A DNA stretch of 63,869 nt, the filler included, from Atractiella rhizophila (Eukaryota): NCBI GenBank assembly GCA_021432655.1. It is 4 parts of 4 records of this genome, joined end to end, with 100 filler letters (N's around TTAATTAATTAA, not from the genome) between each part and the next. Parts side by side here need not be neighbours in the genome. Positions count along the whole stretch, not along the records: positions 62,383 to 63,869 come from MU271405.1; 3 more parts are not named here. One strand, given 5' to 3'. The translations under genes and the position numbers were made by a program. Of this stretch, positions 62,283 to 63,869 are shown piece after piece; the stretch's first letter is position 1; every line of letters starts with the position of its first letter. The notes beneath the pieces are model-generated. The model saw nothing but the letters and a program-made list of their open reading frames with translations. It had not been told where the DNA came from and ran no database searches.

Positions 62283-62398
62283 NNNNNNNNNNNNNNNNNN
62301 NNNNNNNNNNNNNNNNNNNNNNNNNNTTAATTAATTAANNNNNNNNNNNNNNNNNNNNNNNNNNNNNNNNNNNNNNNNNNNNGGCAGAGAATAACAAA

Positions 62399-63491
62399 CC
62401 GATGCTTTGTCGGATCAGAAATGAACTTAGCGTTTGATTTAATGTTGCCTTGAGAGCGCATAGATTCGAGTTGCCTGTTCCATTGATATGACAGTTAGCA
62501 AGGAAGACTAGAGAGCAAATCGATCCAAGTTCGAAGTGCGATACTCCAATGCGATGACAAGTAATAACCCCGTTCTCCGAGCGAATAACGACAACGAATG
62601 AGAGGTAAACAGGAGGAGAGGATATTAGTATCTCTCCAATCAATGCCTACAAACAGGACGTGAAATCAGAGTTCCCAGTTCCTCCACAGGACATCCAGAA
62701 TCACTTGTTACATTTAACATCATCATGGCTCAGCGGTAAGGGAACGGCGAGAACGGGAAGTCTTGAGACTAGAGTGAAAGAATGAAGGCTAAGAGTAAAT
62801 GTTGATGGTATCTCTCTTCTCATAGCGTATCTGCGGTTCTTTCCTTCAATTCTATGCTTTCAGCCTATCCTTCATTTTTTGATTGGGGACAATGAATTCT
62901 CCCACCACATGACAGCATCGAGCTTCGTTGGAGCGTTACCATTCAGGAACAAGGAAAAGCGACCGTACGGTCAAATCATCACATAAAATGATGACCAGCT
63001 CAACCACCCCCGCTTCGCTTATGCTTGACAAGACGAAACGACGCACTCTTTGGTCCATTGATCCAACGTTAAGCTCTTTACCTTACTGATATCTATCGAA
63101 CCCCAAGAGAAAAGCACATTTCAACTCCTCCCTCTTCCCTCTCCAAACATTCAAGAGACTCACGCGTTCCCAACGAGCGATGACATTGTGCGCACTACAC
63201 CAAAACACCTCATCAACAACAGATCCATACTCCTCTTCATAGAATAACAGCTAACAAGGAGAGGAAGAAACGGACCTTGACACATAAGAATATGCCCAGA
63301 TCCCAGCTCGCCCATCGAGGATTCGACGCGCCACAATCCGCACAGGAGTCGTTTCCTGGCACGGAAAGGAGCGAGAGGAGCTGACGCTGTTTTTCATCAT
63401 CTCTGTGTCAGAGAAACATGCCCTTCCGGTGCGGATGACAGGGGAGGGACATTACTTGGTGTCGATCAGCCGTGGCTTTGGAGAGCGACAT
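62399..63491 (-). CDS. ArfGAP-domain protein (SMAP/Age2-like), 5' exons
   Basis: MSLSKATADRHQ|RQLLSLLSVPGNDSCADCGASNPRWASWDLGIFLCVK|CAQCHRSLGT|HISKVKSLTLDQWTKE|QLESMRSQGNIKSN; C-x2-C-x16-C-x2-C-x4-R-type zinc finger. Confidence 0.9.
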
Positions 63492-63869
63492 GGATGGGTA
63501 TTTTTGGTGATGTTACCGTGTCGATGTTGAGAGGCTCGGAGTAAGATATTTGGCAGATATTTGGGAAACGCTGAAGATGGAATTTGGCGGGGACCCGGGC
63601 TAATGAGGCTGATGGTCAAACTGAGATTGACATTAATGGCATTACGATTGTGTGGCGGGAAGGCTCCTTTATCGTGATAAGTTATCAGTTTGACGTCCAA
63701 CATCAGTGTCTCAGTTTCATTGGATATTCCTTGGATAAATAACTATTATATTATGATACCCAAACGGATTTACTCGACCCACGCTCCGCTTCCCCCCCAG
63801 TTCACCTTCATCGCCCCCCCGTCGCCCACTCTCTCCCTCGGCCCATCGATACATCCCATCCATCGACTG

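Overview
Intron-rich fungal DNA, most likely from a basidiomycete (inferred from short GT-AG introns, a WC-1 without a zinc finger and the TE families present). The window is at least four contigs joined by artificial N-TTAATTAATTAA-N spacers (about 26049-26148, 57323-57422 and 62283-62382), so adjacency across those points is not evidence. The gene-rich left part holds a degenerate patatin-NB-ARC-TPR NLR, a HypX/HoxX-like protein, an O-fucosyltransferase-like gene, a secreted ricin-B-like protein, White Collar-1, UBE2W, two copies of an unrecognised ~100-nt tRNA-derived Pol III RNA, and a MITE. The middle (26-57 kb) is TE-dense. It contains a LINE remnant, a FunK1 kinase pseudogene, two hATs, a CACTA remnant, a Zn2Cys6 TF with 120-bp repeats, and a 21-bp-period satellite. 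That satellite hosts a split/inverted Tc1-like element, a hAT and five copia LTRs, some of which carry a 55-nt intron-like insert. The right part holds G-protein beta, a subtilisin, and an ArfGAP with a long intron that has snoRNA-like boxes. Top candidates for novelty are the Pol III ncRNA family, the fungal HypX-like protein, and the satellite/LTR system.
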